Shown here piece after piece: positions 1-9,171 of a stretch of DNA of 62,837 bases. The notes under the pieces are model-generated. The model had not been told where the DNA came from. It searched no databases and saw nothing but the letters and a program-made list of their open reading frames with translations. The position numbers and the translations under genes are program-made. The stretch covers positions 1 to 62,837 of the forward strand of contig CAINYB010000022.1 of assembly GCA_903855135.1 (NCBI GenBank), written 5' to 3'. Position 1 is the first letter of the stretch. Every line of letters starts with the position of its first letter. Source of the stretch: an uncultured bacterium (GTDB taxonomy: Bacteria; Patescibacteriota; Patescibacteriia; UBA1558; GWA2-36-10).

Positions 1-61
1 GCATTCGCCGGGGGCTTCTTTTCTTTTTGCTTGGCTTTTGTTAAGATAAGCTTATAAAAAT

Positions 62-1348
62 ATGCGTAAGATTATAGACTTACATCTTCATTCTAAATAC
101 TCTCGAGCAACATCGAAGTTTTTTGATTTAGCGGAAATTACTAAATGGTCAAAGATTAAAGGCGTAGATATTGTAGCTTGTCCAGACTTTACACATCCAA
201 AGTGGTTTCAAGAAATAAAAAGTAATTTGCAAGAAACAGAAAAAGATTCTGGTTTGTTTTATTTAAAAAATGACACTAGTGGCGTAAAATTTTTATTAGC
301 TACTGAAGTGGCTTGTATTTATCGACAAAATGATAAAACTAGACGTGTGCATTTATCTATTTTGATGCCGTCACTTGCTAGCGTAGAAAAGTTTAATCAG
401 GCTTTAACCGATAGAGGAGCAAAATTAGCGTCTGATGGTCGACCGATTTTAGGGCTGTCAGCCAAACAAGTGTTAGAAATCATGTTAAGCGTTGATGCTA
501 ATGCCATTATGATCCCGGCTCATATTTGGACACCATGGTTTGCTTTGTTTGGTTCTAAATCTGGCTTTGATACCCTAGAAGAATGTTTTGAAGACTTAAG
601 TCCACACATCAAAGCTTTGGAAACCGGTCTTTCCTCTGATCCTTTGATGAATTGGCACTGGTCAGAGCTAGATAAATATACACTGGTTTCTAATTCTGAC
701 GCACACTCTGGGCCAAATATTGGTCGTGAAGCAAACGTGATGGATTTAAAAGAAGAAACTTATCAGGAGATCATAGATATTTTAAAGTATAAAGATAAAA
801 AGAAATTTTTATACACGATCGAGTTTTTTCCAGAAAATGGTATGTATCATTGGGACGGACATCGAGATTGTGCTTTTAGCTGTAGTCCAGAACAAAGCAA
901 AAAATATCAAAACATTTGTCCAAAATGCCATAAAACTTTGACTTTAGGGGTAGAATACCAAGTAAAAAAGCTTGGCGATCGAAAAACTGCCACCGCAGAG
1001 CGGGGTCCCGCCAAAGGCGAGAAAGAAATTAATAGAAATAATTATATTCCTTATAAAAGTATTGTGCCTTTACCAGAAATTATTGCTGATTATTTGCAAG
1101 TAAATAAAAGTAGTAAAAAAGTAGAAACTTTATTTTTGGATATAATTAGTAAAAGTAAAAATGAATTTGCAGTGTTACTAGACTTAGATTTGCCAGCTTT
1201 AAATAAAATAATGCCAGAGAATTTGGCTAAGGGCATTATAAAAGTGAGAGAAGGTAAAATAAAATTAATTCCTGGTTTTGATGGCCAATATGGCAAAACA
1301 GAAATTTTTTCTTCTGCAGAGCACTATACTACTCAAAAATTGTTTTAA
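62..1348 (+). CDS. PHP-domain nuclease, endonuclease Q-like
   Basis: 428-aa ORF; N-terminal DLHLHSKYSRA PHP metal motif, later PAHIWTPW and NSDAHS His motifs, CPKCHK zinc ribbon; family call from remembered EndoQ/PHP architecture. Confidence 0.6.
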   Translation: MRKIIDLHLHSKYSRATSKFFDLAEITKWSKIKGVDIVACPDFTHPKWFQEIKSNLQETEKDSGLFYLKNDTSGVKFLLATEVACIYRQNDKTRRVHLSILMPSLASVEKFNQALTDRGAKLASDGRPILGLSAKQVLEIMLSVDANAIMIPAHIWTPWFALFGSKSGFDTLEECFEDLSPHIKALETGLSSDPLMNWHWSELDKYTLVSNSDAHSGPNIGREANVMDLKEETYQEIIDILKYKDKKKFLYTIEFFPENGMYHWDGHRDCAFSCSPEQSKKYQNICPKCHKTLTLGVEYQVKKLGDRKTATAERGPAKGEKEINRNNYIPYKSIVPLPEIIADYLQVNKSSKKVETLFLDIISKSKNEFAVLLDLDLPALNKIMPENLAKGIIKVREGKIKLIPGFDGQYGKTEIFSSAEHYTTQKLF

Positions 1349-1415
1349 ATAAAAAACTCCTTTGCCTAAAAACTTTAAGTAAAGGAATTTTTATATTTTT
1401 GTTTTAAAAGAAATA

Positions 1416-1523
1416 CTATTTCTTTTTTTTAGTAGCTTTTTTCTTGGTAACTTTTTTTACCACCTTCTTTTTAGTAACTTTTTTTGCTACTTTCTTTTTT
1501 GTTGCTTTTTTCTTGGCTGCCAT
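1416..1523 (-). CDS. 35-aa lysine-rich basic mini-protein (MAAKKKATKKKVAKKVTKKKVVKKVTKKKATKKKK)
   Basis: Hand-translated, below ORF-track cutoff; ATG at 1523 preceded by AAGGGGGTGA Shine-Dalgarno; TAG stop at 1416-1418. Confidence 0.45.
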   Translation of the reverse strand: MAAKKKATKKKVAKKVTKKKVVKKVTKKKATKKKK

Positions 1524-1601
1524 GTTCATTTCACCCCCTTTCAAAATTTTATTGTTTATTTTATATTTTTATTTTCGCTCTATTTTCCTTAAGAAAATAG
1601 G

Positions 1602-1862
1602 CTATTCGACTTGAATGTTAGTGCTAAAAACTGTGTTAGCAATTGTGGCGATGAGTTTACCAGTCAAATCAGTGGCATAGAGTAGTCCGATGATGATAAT
1701 AAAGATGCCGATTAATTTGTAGCCTAGTCTGGTACCACCACTTAAATATTTTTCTGCTGTTGGTATGCGCCCGAAATTATTTAAGAGCCATTCAGATTTC
1801 CAAGTGATTAAGAAACCAACTCCTGCTATCAATATTCCTAAAATAAATTTTCCGAAAGTCAT
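1602..1862 (-). CDS. small membrane protein (2-3 TM helices)
   Basis: 86-aa ORF, hydrophobic segments ILGILIAGVGFLI and LIGIFIIIIGLLY. Confidence 0.5.
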   Translation of the reverse strand: MTFGKFILGILIAGVGFLITWKSEWLLNNFGRIPTAEKYLSGGTRLGYKLIGIFIIIIGLLYATDLTGKLIATIANTVFSTNIQVE

Positions 1863-2396
1863 AGTAATTATTTTTTGAAAAATATTTTTCTTTTAGCTAT
1901 AAAAATTATAACACATTTTTTTAAAAAAGAAAATACTTTTTATAAAAATTTCTGGAAAAATATTTTTCTTAACTTAATTTTACAATTATTTTTTATTTTA
2001 CGCAAGTGTTTTTGTTAAAAATTTATTTTTTGAAATAAAAAATCATTAAAATATTTGCGTGACGCAAGAGATTAGCTGCATTTTATTTTTTATAATATAC
2101 TTTTACAAATAAAAAAATCGCCTAAAGGCGAATTATTTTTTATAGAGAATGCCCTTCGGCTGCGCTCAGGACATTCGGCGGATGTTTATAAAATTTAGAG
2201 TGGTCGTAGACCACCGTTCGGCCTCGAGCTCACGGCCGAGAGGTGAGCGAAGTTCTGCAAGGCAGGACGTAGCCGAATGGTAGACGGCAAAGGATTTCCT
2301 CACGGACTCTGCGAGTCCTCAGGACAGGCTTCTCATCCCTTTAATTTTATATTTAGTAAACAAAAAAAGATAATTTAGTATCTTTATGTTTTGTGC

Positions 2397-2473
2397 TGGT
2401 AGACGGCAAAGGATTCGAACCTTTGACCCCCTCGGTGTAAACGAGGTGCTCTAACCAGCTGAGCTAGCCGTCC
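2397..2473 (-). tRNA. tRNA-Val (anticodon TAC), CCA encoded
   Basis: Hand-folded cloverleaf: acceptor GGACGGC/GCCGTCT, D arm GCTC..GAGC, anticodon stem CCTCG/CGAGG loop TTTACAC, T arm AAAGG-TTCGAAT-CCTTT. Confidence 0.9.
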
Positions 2474-2539
2474 GTAGTTTTATCTTGTAATGGTCGAAGA
2501 CCACGAGTGAGCTTTTTGCGAAGCAAAAGGCGAATCGAG

Positions 2540-2616
2540 TGGTGGACTGTACAGGAGTCGAACCTGCGACCTCCTGCGTGCAAAGCAGGCGCTCTAGCCA
2601 ACTGAGCTAACAGCCC
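2540..2616 (-). tRNA. tRNA-Ala (anticodon TGC), CCA encoded
   Basis: Acceptor GGGCTGT/ACAGTCC with G3:U70 identity pair, anticodon stem CCTGC/GCAGG loop TTTGCAC, T loop TTCGACT. Confidence 0.9.
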
Positions 2617-2724
2617 GAAATGAAATAAATGGCTAATATTTTTTTGTTTTTTATTTACTAGCCCCACCCACTGGGTGGTCGCCCTGTGGGCGAAACTGAG
2701 CTAACAGCCCTTAAAAAAATAGGG

Positions 2725-2811
2725 TGGTGTCGAAGGCGGGATTTGAACCCGCACACCTTTTCAGGTACAGACACCTCAAGCCTGCGTGTATACCAATTTC
2801 ACCACTTCGAC
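2725..2811 (-). tRNA. tRNA-Leu (anticodon GAG), class II with long variable arm, CCA encoded
   Basis: Acceptor GTCGAAG/CTTCGAC, anticodon loop TTGAGGT, 15-nt variable arm, T arm GCGGG-TTCAAAT-CCCGC. Confidence 0.85.
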
Positions 2812-2831
2812 TTGATTGGCACTTAAGATTT

Positions 2832-3167
2832 TTATAACTTAATTTCTTTAAGTCTTTCTCTACTGGTACGTAAATAGTTTAATTTAGCGCGTCTTACTTT
2901 GGCCATACGGACAACTTCTATTTTAGCGACCACTGGTGAATGCAAAGGATAGATTTTTTCTACACTGATACCATCAGACATTTTACGGACACAAATAGTA
3001 GCGCCAATTTCTTTACCGTGTTTATGAGCAATCACAATACCTTCAAAGATCTGGATTCTTTCTTTTTCTACGCCTTTAGCGTTTTTTTCTTTGATTTTTT
3101 CATGAACCTTTACAGTCATGCCAGGTTTAATACTTGGATTCATTTCGGTTGTTTTTTCGTCAGCCAT
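2832..3167 (-). CDS. rplS: 50S ribosomal protein L19
   Basis: 111 aa; [38 protein letters not shown] are typical bL19 motifs. Confidence 0.9.
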   Translation of the reverse strand: MADEKTTEMNPSIKPGMTVKVHEKIKEKNAKGVEKERIQIFEGIVIAHKHGKEIGATICVRKMSDGISVEKIYPLHSPVVAKIEVVRMAKVRRAKLNYLRTSRERLKEIKL

Positions 3168-3301
3168 ATACTTAAGTAAGCTTACTAAATAAAATGATTA
3201 AATAATACTCGTCTATTTTAGACTAAAACCTTACTTTTGTCAATCCCGTCCGGCACCTGCCGGACGGGATAAAAAAGTTAATAATTTTGTAATTTTTAGC
3301 T

Positions 3302-3859
3302 TTAAAGACCTAATTTTTCCCTTAAAATTTGGCTAATTTTAGCCACTGTTTCGGCTAATTGGCCGTCTATATTAGTTATTTGGTAGTCAAAAGCAGTTTT
3401 TTGGGTCATTTCTTTTTGCGCTGCTTGCCAACGCTTATCTTTTATTTCTTGAGCCAAAGGCCTTGCGTCAATACGATTTTTTAAAATTTCCAGACTATCG
3501 GGTTGGATAAAAAAGCTTAAACTTGCTGGAAATTGTTGTTTAATATTTTTAGCTCCTTGGACATCGATGTTTAGTAAAACAGGTGATTCCTCAAGGATAC
3601 TTAAAAGTTCGGCTTTGCCAGTACCATAAAATTCACCATAAACTTCAGCCCATTCTATCAACTGTTTATTTTTGATTAGTTCTTGAAATTCAGCTTTGGT
3701 GACATGGTGAATAAGCTTGTCTTCTTGGGACCAGGATCTGGCTTCGCGTGTCGTATAAGTGACAGCTGACTTGAGAGCGGGAAATAGTTTGAAAATTTCT
3801 TTGGCCACTGTAGTTTTACCAACTGCTGACGGGCCAGTGATAATAACTAAATTTTTCAT
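3302..3859 (-). CDS. gmk: guanylate kinase
   Basis: 185 aa; P-loop GPSAVGKTT, YTTREAR, EWAEVYGEFYGT. Confidence 0.85.
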   Translation of the reverse strand: MKNLVIITGPSAVGKTTVAKEIFKLFPALKSAVTYTTREARSWSQEDKLIHHVTKAEFQELIKNKQLIEWAEVYGEFYGTGKAELLSILEESPVLLNIDVQGAKNIKQQFPASLSFFIQPDSLEILKNRIDARPLAQEIKDKRWQAAQKEMTQKTAFDYQITNIDGQLAETVAKISQILREKLGL

Positions 3860-4770
3860 TATTTTATCGTGTTTAAAAAATCTTTTAAAATTTTTGGTAA
3901 AGCAGAGCTATATTTTTGTCTAGTATTTTCTAGATCGTTAAATTCTAGATAAGCAGCATGCAAAAATATTCTTAAATTTTCAATTGTCTTTTTCTTTTTG
4001 CGTAAATCTTTGGTGCGATAGAGTGGATCGCCAACTATTGAGTGTCCAATACTATATAAATGAGTGCGGATTTGATGAGTGCGTCCAGTTTTGATCTGCA
4101 ATCTTAATAAAGTATAATTACGAAATTTCTTTTCTACTTTATACAGAGTGACAGCACTTTTGCTTTCTTCTGCCATTTTATTAGCTTTCATCAAGCCAGT
4201 TTCTTTATCTCGCTCTATCGGTGTATTGATCTCACCACTGTCAGCACGCATAGCACCATGAACCAAAGCAAGATATTCTTTTTTTACACTACGATCTTGG
4301 AATTGTTTTTTGATAAAATCAAAAGCAGGATTAGTTAAAGCCACTACCATCAAACCAGATACATCTTTGTCTAGACGGTGGACGATGCCAGGACGCATCG
4401 GTTCGTCGCCAACTTTTTTGACTTGCGGAAAATTATCTCTTAGCCAATCAGCCAAAGTATTAGTTTCATTTCTATCGGTCGGGTGAACTAGTAGGCCAGC
4501 TGGCTTTTCTAAAATCAAATAGTCTTTAGTTTCAGCTAAAATTTTTGGAGCAATTAGTTTTTTTTCTATTCTTTTTTCGGGAGCATTTTTTAAGAGCGTA
4601 ATCACGTCTTTATTTTTGAGCCAGTGATGCACAGTGGCTATCTCGTCATTGACCAAAACTAGCTCACTCAAGATCATTTTCTTGAGCTGACTGCGGGTCA
4701 AATGAGGTAATTCTAAACTTAAAAACTTATCTAAACGCTCTTTATCGTTTTGTTTATATGTTATTTTCAT
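3859..4770 (-). CDS. rluD: RluA-family 23S rRNA pseudouridine synthase (RluD-like) with N-terminal S4 domain
   Basis: 303 aa; catalytic HRLDKDVSGLMV motif, GRTHQIRTHL motif. Confidence 0.85.
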   Translation of the reverse strand: MKITYKQNDKERLDKFLSLELPHLTRSQLKKMILSELVLVNDEIATVHHWLKNKDVITLLKNAPEKRIEKKLIAPKILAETKDYLILEKPAGLLVHPTDRNETNTLADWLRDNFPQVKKVGDEPMRPGIVHRLDKDVSGLMVVALTNPAFDFIKKQFQDRSVKKEYLALVHGAMRADSGEINTPIERDKETGLMKANKMAEESKSAVTLYKVEKKFRNYTLLRLQIKTGRTHQIRTHLYSIGHSIVGDPLYRTKDLRKKKKTIENLRIFLHAAYLEFNDLENTRQKYSSALPKILKDFLNTIK

Positions 4771-4816
4771 AAGGTAAATCTAACAGAAAAACAGCCTAAT
4801 TACAAGCTGTTTGCCA

Positions 4817-4891
4817 TGGTGCCCCCGTCAGGATTCGAACCCGAAATACTTGGTCCGAAGCCAAGCGTGATATCCATTTCACTACAAGGGC
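4817..4891 (-). tRNA. tRNA-Arg (anticodon TCG), CCA encoded
   Basis: Acceptor GCCCTTG/CGGGGGC (two G:U), anticodon stem CTTGG/CCAAG loop CTTCGGA, T loop TTCGAAT. Confidence 0.85.
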
Positions 4892-4925
4892 GTAGATCTC
4901 AAATTAACACAAAATGCTTGATAAA

Positions 4926-5882
4926 TCAAATATTATAAAATGGGTCAATATAGACTTTTTTTAAGTCTTCGCTTGAACTTTGTAAGGCACTAAGACGATG
5001 CTCTTCGATAGCGGGGGCTATCTGAGTGGCAAGTGCGTCTAATAAAATCTGATTGTTGGCACTAAAATCTCGGCCACTTAATTTATCAGCTAAAATAATT
5101 AAGCCCAAAGTTTTTTTGCCTAAATTAATCGGCGTGATCAAAAGCGAATTGCTGATATAAGGTAATGTTAAATATTCTTTTGACCAATCACTTTTATTAA
5201 AAATTTTAGTTTTTTTGTTTTCAATGATTTTAGCTAAAAAAGTATCATTGAGTAAATCAAAATTGGCACCAATATTTATTTTGTAGCCAAGAGCATATTG
5301 AACAGTGGCTTTGTTATTAATATTTGAGACCGTGCAGAATAAAGCTTTTTTAACAGGGATAACTTTTAAGATAATTGCTGTCAAATGTTTGCTGATTTCA
5401 TTCATAGTATCATACAAAGCGATTATTTTACCGCCAGCAAACAAGGTGACTAGTTTATTATTAGAATGATCTAAACGATTTTTTAAATTAATGGCAATAT
5501 TATGATAAATTTTTTGGGCTATCTCGGGATATTTTTTTTGAATAGTAAACCAATGATAAATAGATAGCTCTAAGGTCGTTAAGTTTGGACTCGCGACTAT
5601 CAAGGTATGTTGGTGTAAACTATTTTTTTGCAAAAAAGCCATTTCTCCTAAAAAATCGCCAGTGCGAAACATAGCGATAGTTTCTTGATGATCAGCGATA
5701 TCAGTATTGAGTTTCACTAGGCCATCTTTGATGATGACTAGTTTAGTTCTGGTTTTGCCTTTGATAAATATTTTTTCTTCATTATTATAATTTTTTTCTA
5801 TCAAAAAATCACTGACAATTTTTATTTCTTTATTAGTCAAGTTGTCAAATAAAGACAAATTATTTAGAGAAAAATCATTCAT
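4926..5882 (-). CDS. cyclic-nucleotide-binding domain protein with C-terminal GAF-like domain
   Basis: 318 aa; cNMP-binding signature GDFLGEMAFL in the N-terminal half. Confidence 0.55.
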   Translation of the reverse strand: MNDFSLNNLSLFDNLTNKEIKIVSDFLIEKNYNNEEKIFIKGKTRTKLVIIKDGLVKLNTDIADHQETIAMFRTGDFLGEMAFLQKNSLHQHTLIVASPNLTTLELSIYHWFTIQKKYPEIAQKIYHNIAINLKNRLDHSNNKLVTLFAGGKIIALYDTMNEISKHLTAIILKVIPVKKALFCTVSNINNKATVQYALGYKINIGANFDLLNDTFLAKIIENKKTKIFNKSDWSKEYLTLPYISNSLLITPINLGKKTLGLIILADKLSGRDFSANNQILLDALATQIAPAIEEHRLSALQSSSEDLKKVYIDPFYNI

Positions 5883-5951
5883 TATTTTTCAAGAAAAATA
5901 GAGTTGTAAATTTTAATTTTTGTTAGAAAGATCCCGAGCGTAGTCGAGGGA

Positions 5952-6986
5952 TTATCTTTGAGTAGTGCTTAAATGAGCTAAAGCTGTTGGTTCGTCAATT
6001 AAGTTTTTTTCTAGCAACTCACGAATATTAAAGTCCATGGAGAACATGCCGACATCAGCTGAAGTCTGGATGACAGAGCGCATTTGGGGTATTTTATTTT
6101 CGCGGATAATATTGGCAATGGCTGGTGTGTTGATTAAAATCTCTCGGACAGCCACTCGACCACCACCAACTTTTGGTAATAATTTTTGAGAAATAACCCC
6201 ACTTAATGACATCGAAAGCTGAAGTCTAACTTGAGCTTGTTGGTGTGGAGGAAAAACATCGATGATACGATCAATGGTTTGAGAAGCATTGTGCGTATGC
6301 AAAGTAGCTAAAACTAAATGTCCAGTTTCGGCCAAAGTAATAGTTGCAGCAATAGTTTCCAAGTCACGCATCTCGCCGACCATGATGACATTTGGGTCTT
6401 GTCTTAAGACGTGTTTTAAAGCATCTTGAAAAGTATTCATATCAGTACCCAATTGTCTTTGTTTAATAATACTTTTGACTGGTTTAAAGATATATTCGAT
6501 CGGATCTTCTAGGGTGATGATATTAGCAAAGCGTAGTTCATTGATTCTCTGAATCATAGCTGCTAGTGTAGTTGATTTACCACAACCGGTTGGACCAGTG
6601 ACCAAAATCAAGCCTTGATCTTTCTCGATCAAACGATGGACGATCGGTGGCATGCCAAGATCTTCTAAAACCGGTACATCGGTGGAAATAACACGAGCTA
6701 CTAAACCAACATTATCTTTTTCCCAAAATAAATTGACACGATAGCGAGAAAAACCAGTGATTTCATAAGAGATATCTAGTTCACGATTTTCTAAAAATTC
6801 TTTTTTTTGTTTTTCCGTGATAATACTGAAAACTAATTTTTCCGTTTCCGTGCGACTTAAAGTTTCAGTGTTTGGCATCACTCTTAGCTCACCATCGATA
6901 CGTAAGATAGGAGGTTTGCCGACAATCAAATGCAAGTCAGAAGCCTTGGCTTGAGTCGCAACTTTAAATAAATCATTAATGGTCAT
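5952..6986 (-). CDS. pilT: type IV pilus retraction ATPase PilT
   Basis: 344 aa; Walker A GPTGCGKSTT, GEMRD, ETGHLVLATLHT motifs. Confidence 0.85.
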   Translation of the reverse strand: MTINDLFKVATQAKASDLHLIVGKPPILRIDGELRVMPNTETLSRTETEKLVFSIITEKQKKEFLENRELDISYEITGFSRYRVNLFWEKDNVGLVARVISTDVPVLEDLGMPPIVHRLIEKDQGLILVTGPTGCGKSTTLAAMIQRINELRFANIITLEDPIEYIFKPVKSIIKQRQLGTDMNTFQDALKHVLRQDPNVIMVGEMRDLETIAATITLAETGHLVLATLHTHNASQTIDRIIDVFPPHQQAQVRLQLSMSLSGVISQKLLPKVGGGRVAVREILINTPAIANIIRENKIPQMRSVIQTSADVGMFSMDFNIRELLEKNLIDEPTALAHLSTTQR

Positions 6987-7213
6987 AAAAATATTTATTT
7001 TTGTTTAAAATTTTACGTTTTTATTATACCACAAAAGCTGAGATAAATAAAAACTTTTTGCAAAATAATTCCCCGGCATCTGCCGGGAAATTATTTATGG
7101 TGTAAAAGGTGATTAAAACAAAAGACCTACGGCGAATGTCAAATAATTATTTATAAATAAAGATATTACACAAAAGACACCCCGCATCGCGGGGTGTCTT
7201 TGAAAAGGTAAGT

Positions 7214-7738
7214 TTATTTGACTAAAATATTTTGCGTATTTTTTTGATAGTTTAAATACATTTGATACGCGCCAAAGAAAAAAGTGCTGTACACAAAATT
7301 ACTTAACAAAGTATTTTTAAAAAAAGGAATAGCTAGTAAATAGCTTTGTTGTAAACCAGTAATATCAGCGCTATACCAGGTGCCAAAAAACCAGACTGCC
7401 CAATTGGTCAGCACAAAAAATAAAATAGCCGATAGCAAAGAGTAGCCCAAGGCTAGGCTATAAGAGTAAGATTTTTTTAAATATTGGCCAGCTAGAATAG
7501 TGATAAACAAAGATAAATACACCGTCAGCATCACACCTGACTGATAAAAGCCTAAAAATAAATCAGAAATAAATAAGGCTAGCAGTGGTAAATAGCGTAG
7601 ACGCCAGTCAGTGCTCAAAAAACCAATAAATAGAGCTAAAGCAAAAATAGGAGAAAAATTGGCTGCATGAGGAATCAGTCGACTGACAATGATCAGTAGG
7701 CTAAGAAAAATCATAGTAAATATTTTTTGCTTTGACAT
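7214..7738 (-). CDS. polytopic membrane protein, possibly ECF-type S component (cobalamin uptake suggested by context only)
   Basis: 174 aa, 5-6 TM helices, LIPHAANFSPI motif; immediately downstream of DUF4430 and cobO genes. Confidence 0.4.
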   Translation of the reverse strand: MSKQKIFTMIFLSLLIIVSRLIPHAANFSPIFALALFIGFLSTDWRLRYLPLLALFISDLFLGFYQSGVMLTVYLSLFITILAGQYLKKSYSYSLALGYSLLSAILFFVLTNWAVWFFGTWYSADITGLQQSYLLAIPFFKNTLLSNFVYSTFFFGAYQMYLNYQKNTQNILVK

Positions 7739-7774
7739 ATTGTTTTATCTTGAACCCCGAGCATAGTCGAGGAG

Positions 7775-8206
7775 TTAAAATTCACTTTTTTCAAAACGCC
7801 AGCTTAAGCTATCATTTGCCTGTAAGATATATTTATCAGCCGCGATCATCACTAGCTCATTATTGACGTAATAATGCCAGTAATTATTTTCATCACCATT
7901 AGCTTTGTTTTTTATCTGGGTGATTAAAAATCCCATTTCTCCGTAGTCTTGGCTTTTGAATTCCCAGCCTTGTTGTTTGGCTATTTGCTCACTAAAATTT
8001 AAGACACTGATATCTTTTTGGTAGGGGTATTTTAGCCTTAAGACCTCGTTTTTGTCAAATGAAAATTCTAGACTAATTTCTTGATTAGTAGTATTTATAA
8101 TTTGATTATTTTTGGGGTAAAAATAGTTTTTATTTAAAGACAATATTAGTAAAGCACTGAAAAAAACCAAAGCTGTTAAGAAGATTAATTTATTTTTTTT
8201 AAACAT
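7775..8206 (-). CDS. DUF4430 (transcobalamin-like) exported protein
   Basis: 143 aa with signal anchor; C-terminal W.YYVNNELV..AADKYIL.ANDSLSWRF pattern typical of DUF4430. Confidence 0.6.
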   Translation of the reverse strand: MFKKNKLIFLTALVFFSALLILSLNKNYFYPKNNQIINTTNQEISLEFSFDKNEVLRLKYPYQKDISVLNFSEQIAKQQGWEFKSQDYGEMGFLITQIKNKANGDENNYWHYYVNNELVMIAADKYILQANDSLSWRFEKSEF

Positions 8207-8217
8207 ATTTTTATCGT

Positions 8218-8775
8218 TTAGTAATCAATGCCCGGACGAGCTGGTATACCTTTATTCATATAATGCTTGATATCTTTCATCTCAGTCACAAGATCAGCGA
8301 GCTTGAGAATTTCTGGCTCACAATAACGACCAGTTAAAATTAATTCTAATTTTTCATTTTTATTTTTTACTAAATCAATAATTGGCTTCAAGGTGAGTAA
8401 ACCAGTTTTCACCGTCGTATTTATTTCATCTAAGATTAATAAATCAAGCGTTTTATTTTGGCTTAATTTTTTTGCCTGCTCCAAAGCTAATTTTGCTTCG
8501 GAAAAGTCTTTGTTAATATTTTCAAATCTAAAGCCCTTGCCTTTGACCATGCGAATAGTGCCAAAAGCATAATAATCTAATTTTTTTGGGTAGAGTTTTT
8601 TTAGTTTAGCTAAAACTTTTCTTTCGCTATAAAAATTTCCTCCTTTATCAAAGAAAATAATAGTTACTTTTAAACCCGCACCTAAAGCACGTATTAATAA
8701 ACCTAAACTAGCAGTAGTTTTACCTTTGCCAGCGCCAGTATAGACTTGTATTTGGCCTTTGCTATTTTTTTGCAT
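8218..8775 (-). CDS. cobO: cob(I)yrinic acid a,c-diamide / cob(I)alamin adenosyltransferase
   Basis: 185 aa; IQVYTGAGKGKTTASLG P-loop and LILDEI motif of the CobA/CobO/BtuR family. Confidence 0.8.
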   Translation of the reverse strand: MQKNSKGQIQVYTGAGKGKTTASLGLLIRALGAGLKVTIIFFDKGGNFYSERKVLAKLKKLYPKKLDYYAFGTIRMVKGKGFRFENINKDFSEAKLALEQAKKLSQNKTLDLLILDEINTTVKTGLLTLKPIIDLVKNKNEKLELILTGRYCEPEILKLADLVTEMKDIKHYMNKGIPARPGIDY

Positions 8776-8852
8776 AGCTTTGACTTTAAATTTTTTTTAT
8801 GTTTAAATAAGTAAGTTTCGCAAGGCTCATTGTCAAACAAGGAGGAGAAAAA

Positions 8853-9158
8853 ATGAAAGCGAAAGACGCACTTGATTGTCGATCCTTGGTGATTGACATG
8901 AGGAATCACTTGACTTTGTTGACCTACAGAAGTGATGAAAACATTCTGCACATTGGTCAAGCGTGGCGTATCAAAGGACTTGGCGTTGACCATGACAAGG
9001 AAGAAGATTTTACCATTATTGATTTTTCAGGTGAAGACCTGATTGATAGTACTGGTGAATATCAGACCTCTATTGGCCTGGAAAGTGCGCTCGATCATCG
9101 TCGTGTGAGAATTTCTCTGCTTTCTTTTTTCTTGAAAAATCATGAATTGCTCAAATGA
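8853..9158 (+). CDS. ORFan, GC-enriched island 1
   Basis: 101-aa ORF, AAGGAGGAG SD upstream of ATG; no family recognised. Confidence 0.5.
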   Translation: MKAKDALDCRSLVIDMRNHLTLLTYRSDENILHIGQAWRIKGLGVDHDKEEDFTIIDFSGEDLIDSTGEYQTSIGLESALDHRRVRISLLSFFLKNHELLK

Positions 9159-9171
9159 AATGGAGGACACC

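Noticed and set aside
2140-2340. GC-rich structured block downstream of tRNA-Val as SRP RNA, tmRNA or RNase P RNA
   Set aside because: I could not find the GGAA-tetraloop/AGCA SRP helix-8 motif, a tmRNA tRNA-like 5'/3' pairing, or the RNase P GAGGAAAGUCC motif. CAAGGCAG resembles 4.5S RNA only locally.
2464-2667. 67-aa minus-strand ORF from the track
   Set aside because: It lies entirely across tRNA-Val, tRNA-Ala and their spacer. The same applies to 4750-4938 (over tRNA-Arg) and 37560-37745 (over tRNA-His/Lys).
8776-8852. Cobalamin riboswitch upstream of the cobO operon
   Set aside because: Only about 77 nt are available before the divergent island gene, and no B12-box-like sequence was seen.
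8703-8993. 96-aa minus-strand ORF bridging cobO and island 1
   Set aside because: It overlaps the cobO N-terminus out of frame and runs antisense to ORF 8853. It is a likely artefact. 46289-46606(-) was rejected for similar reasons.
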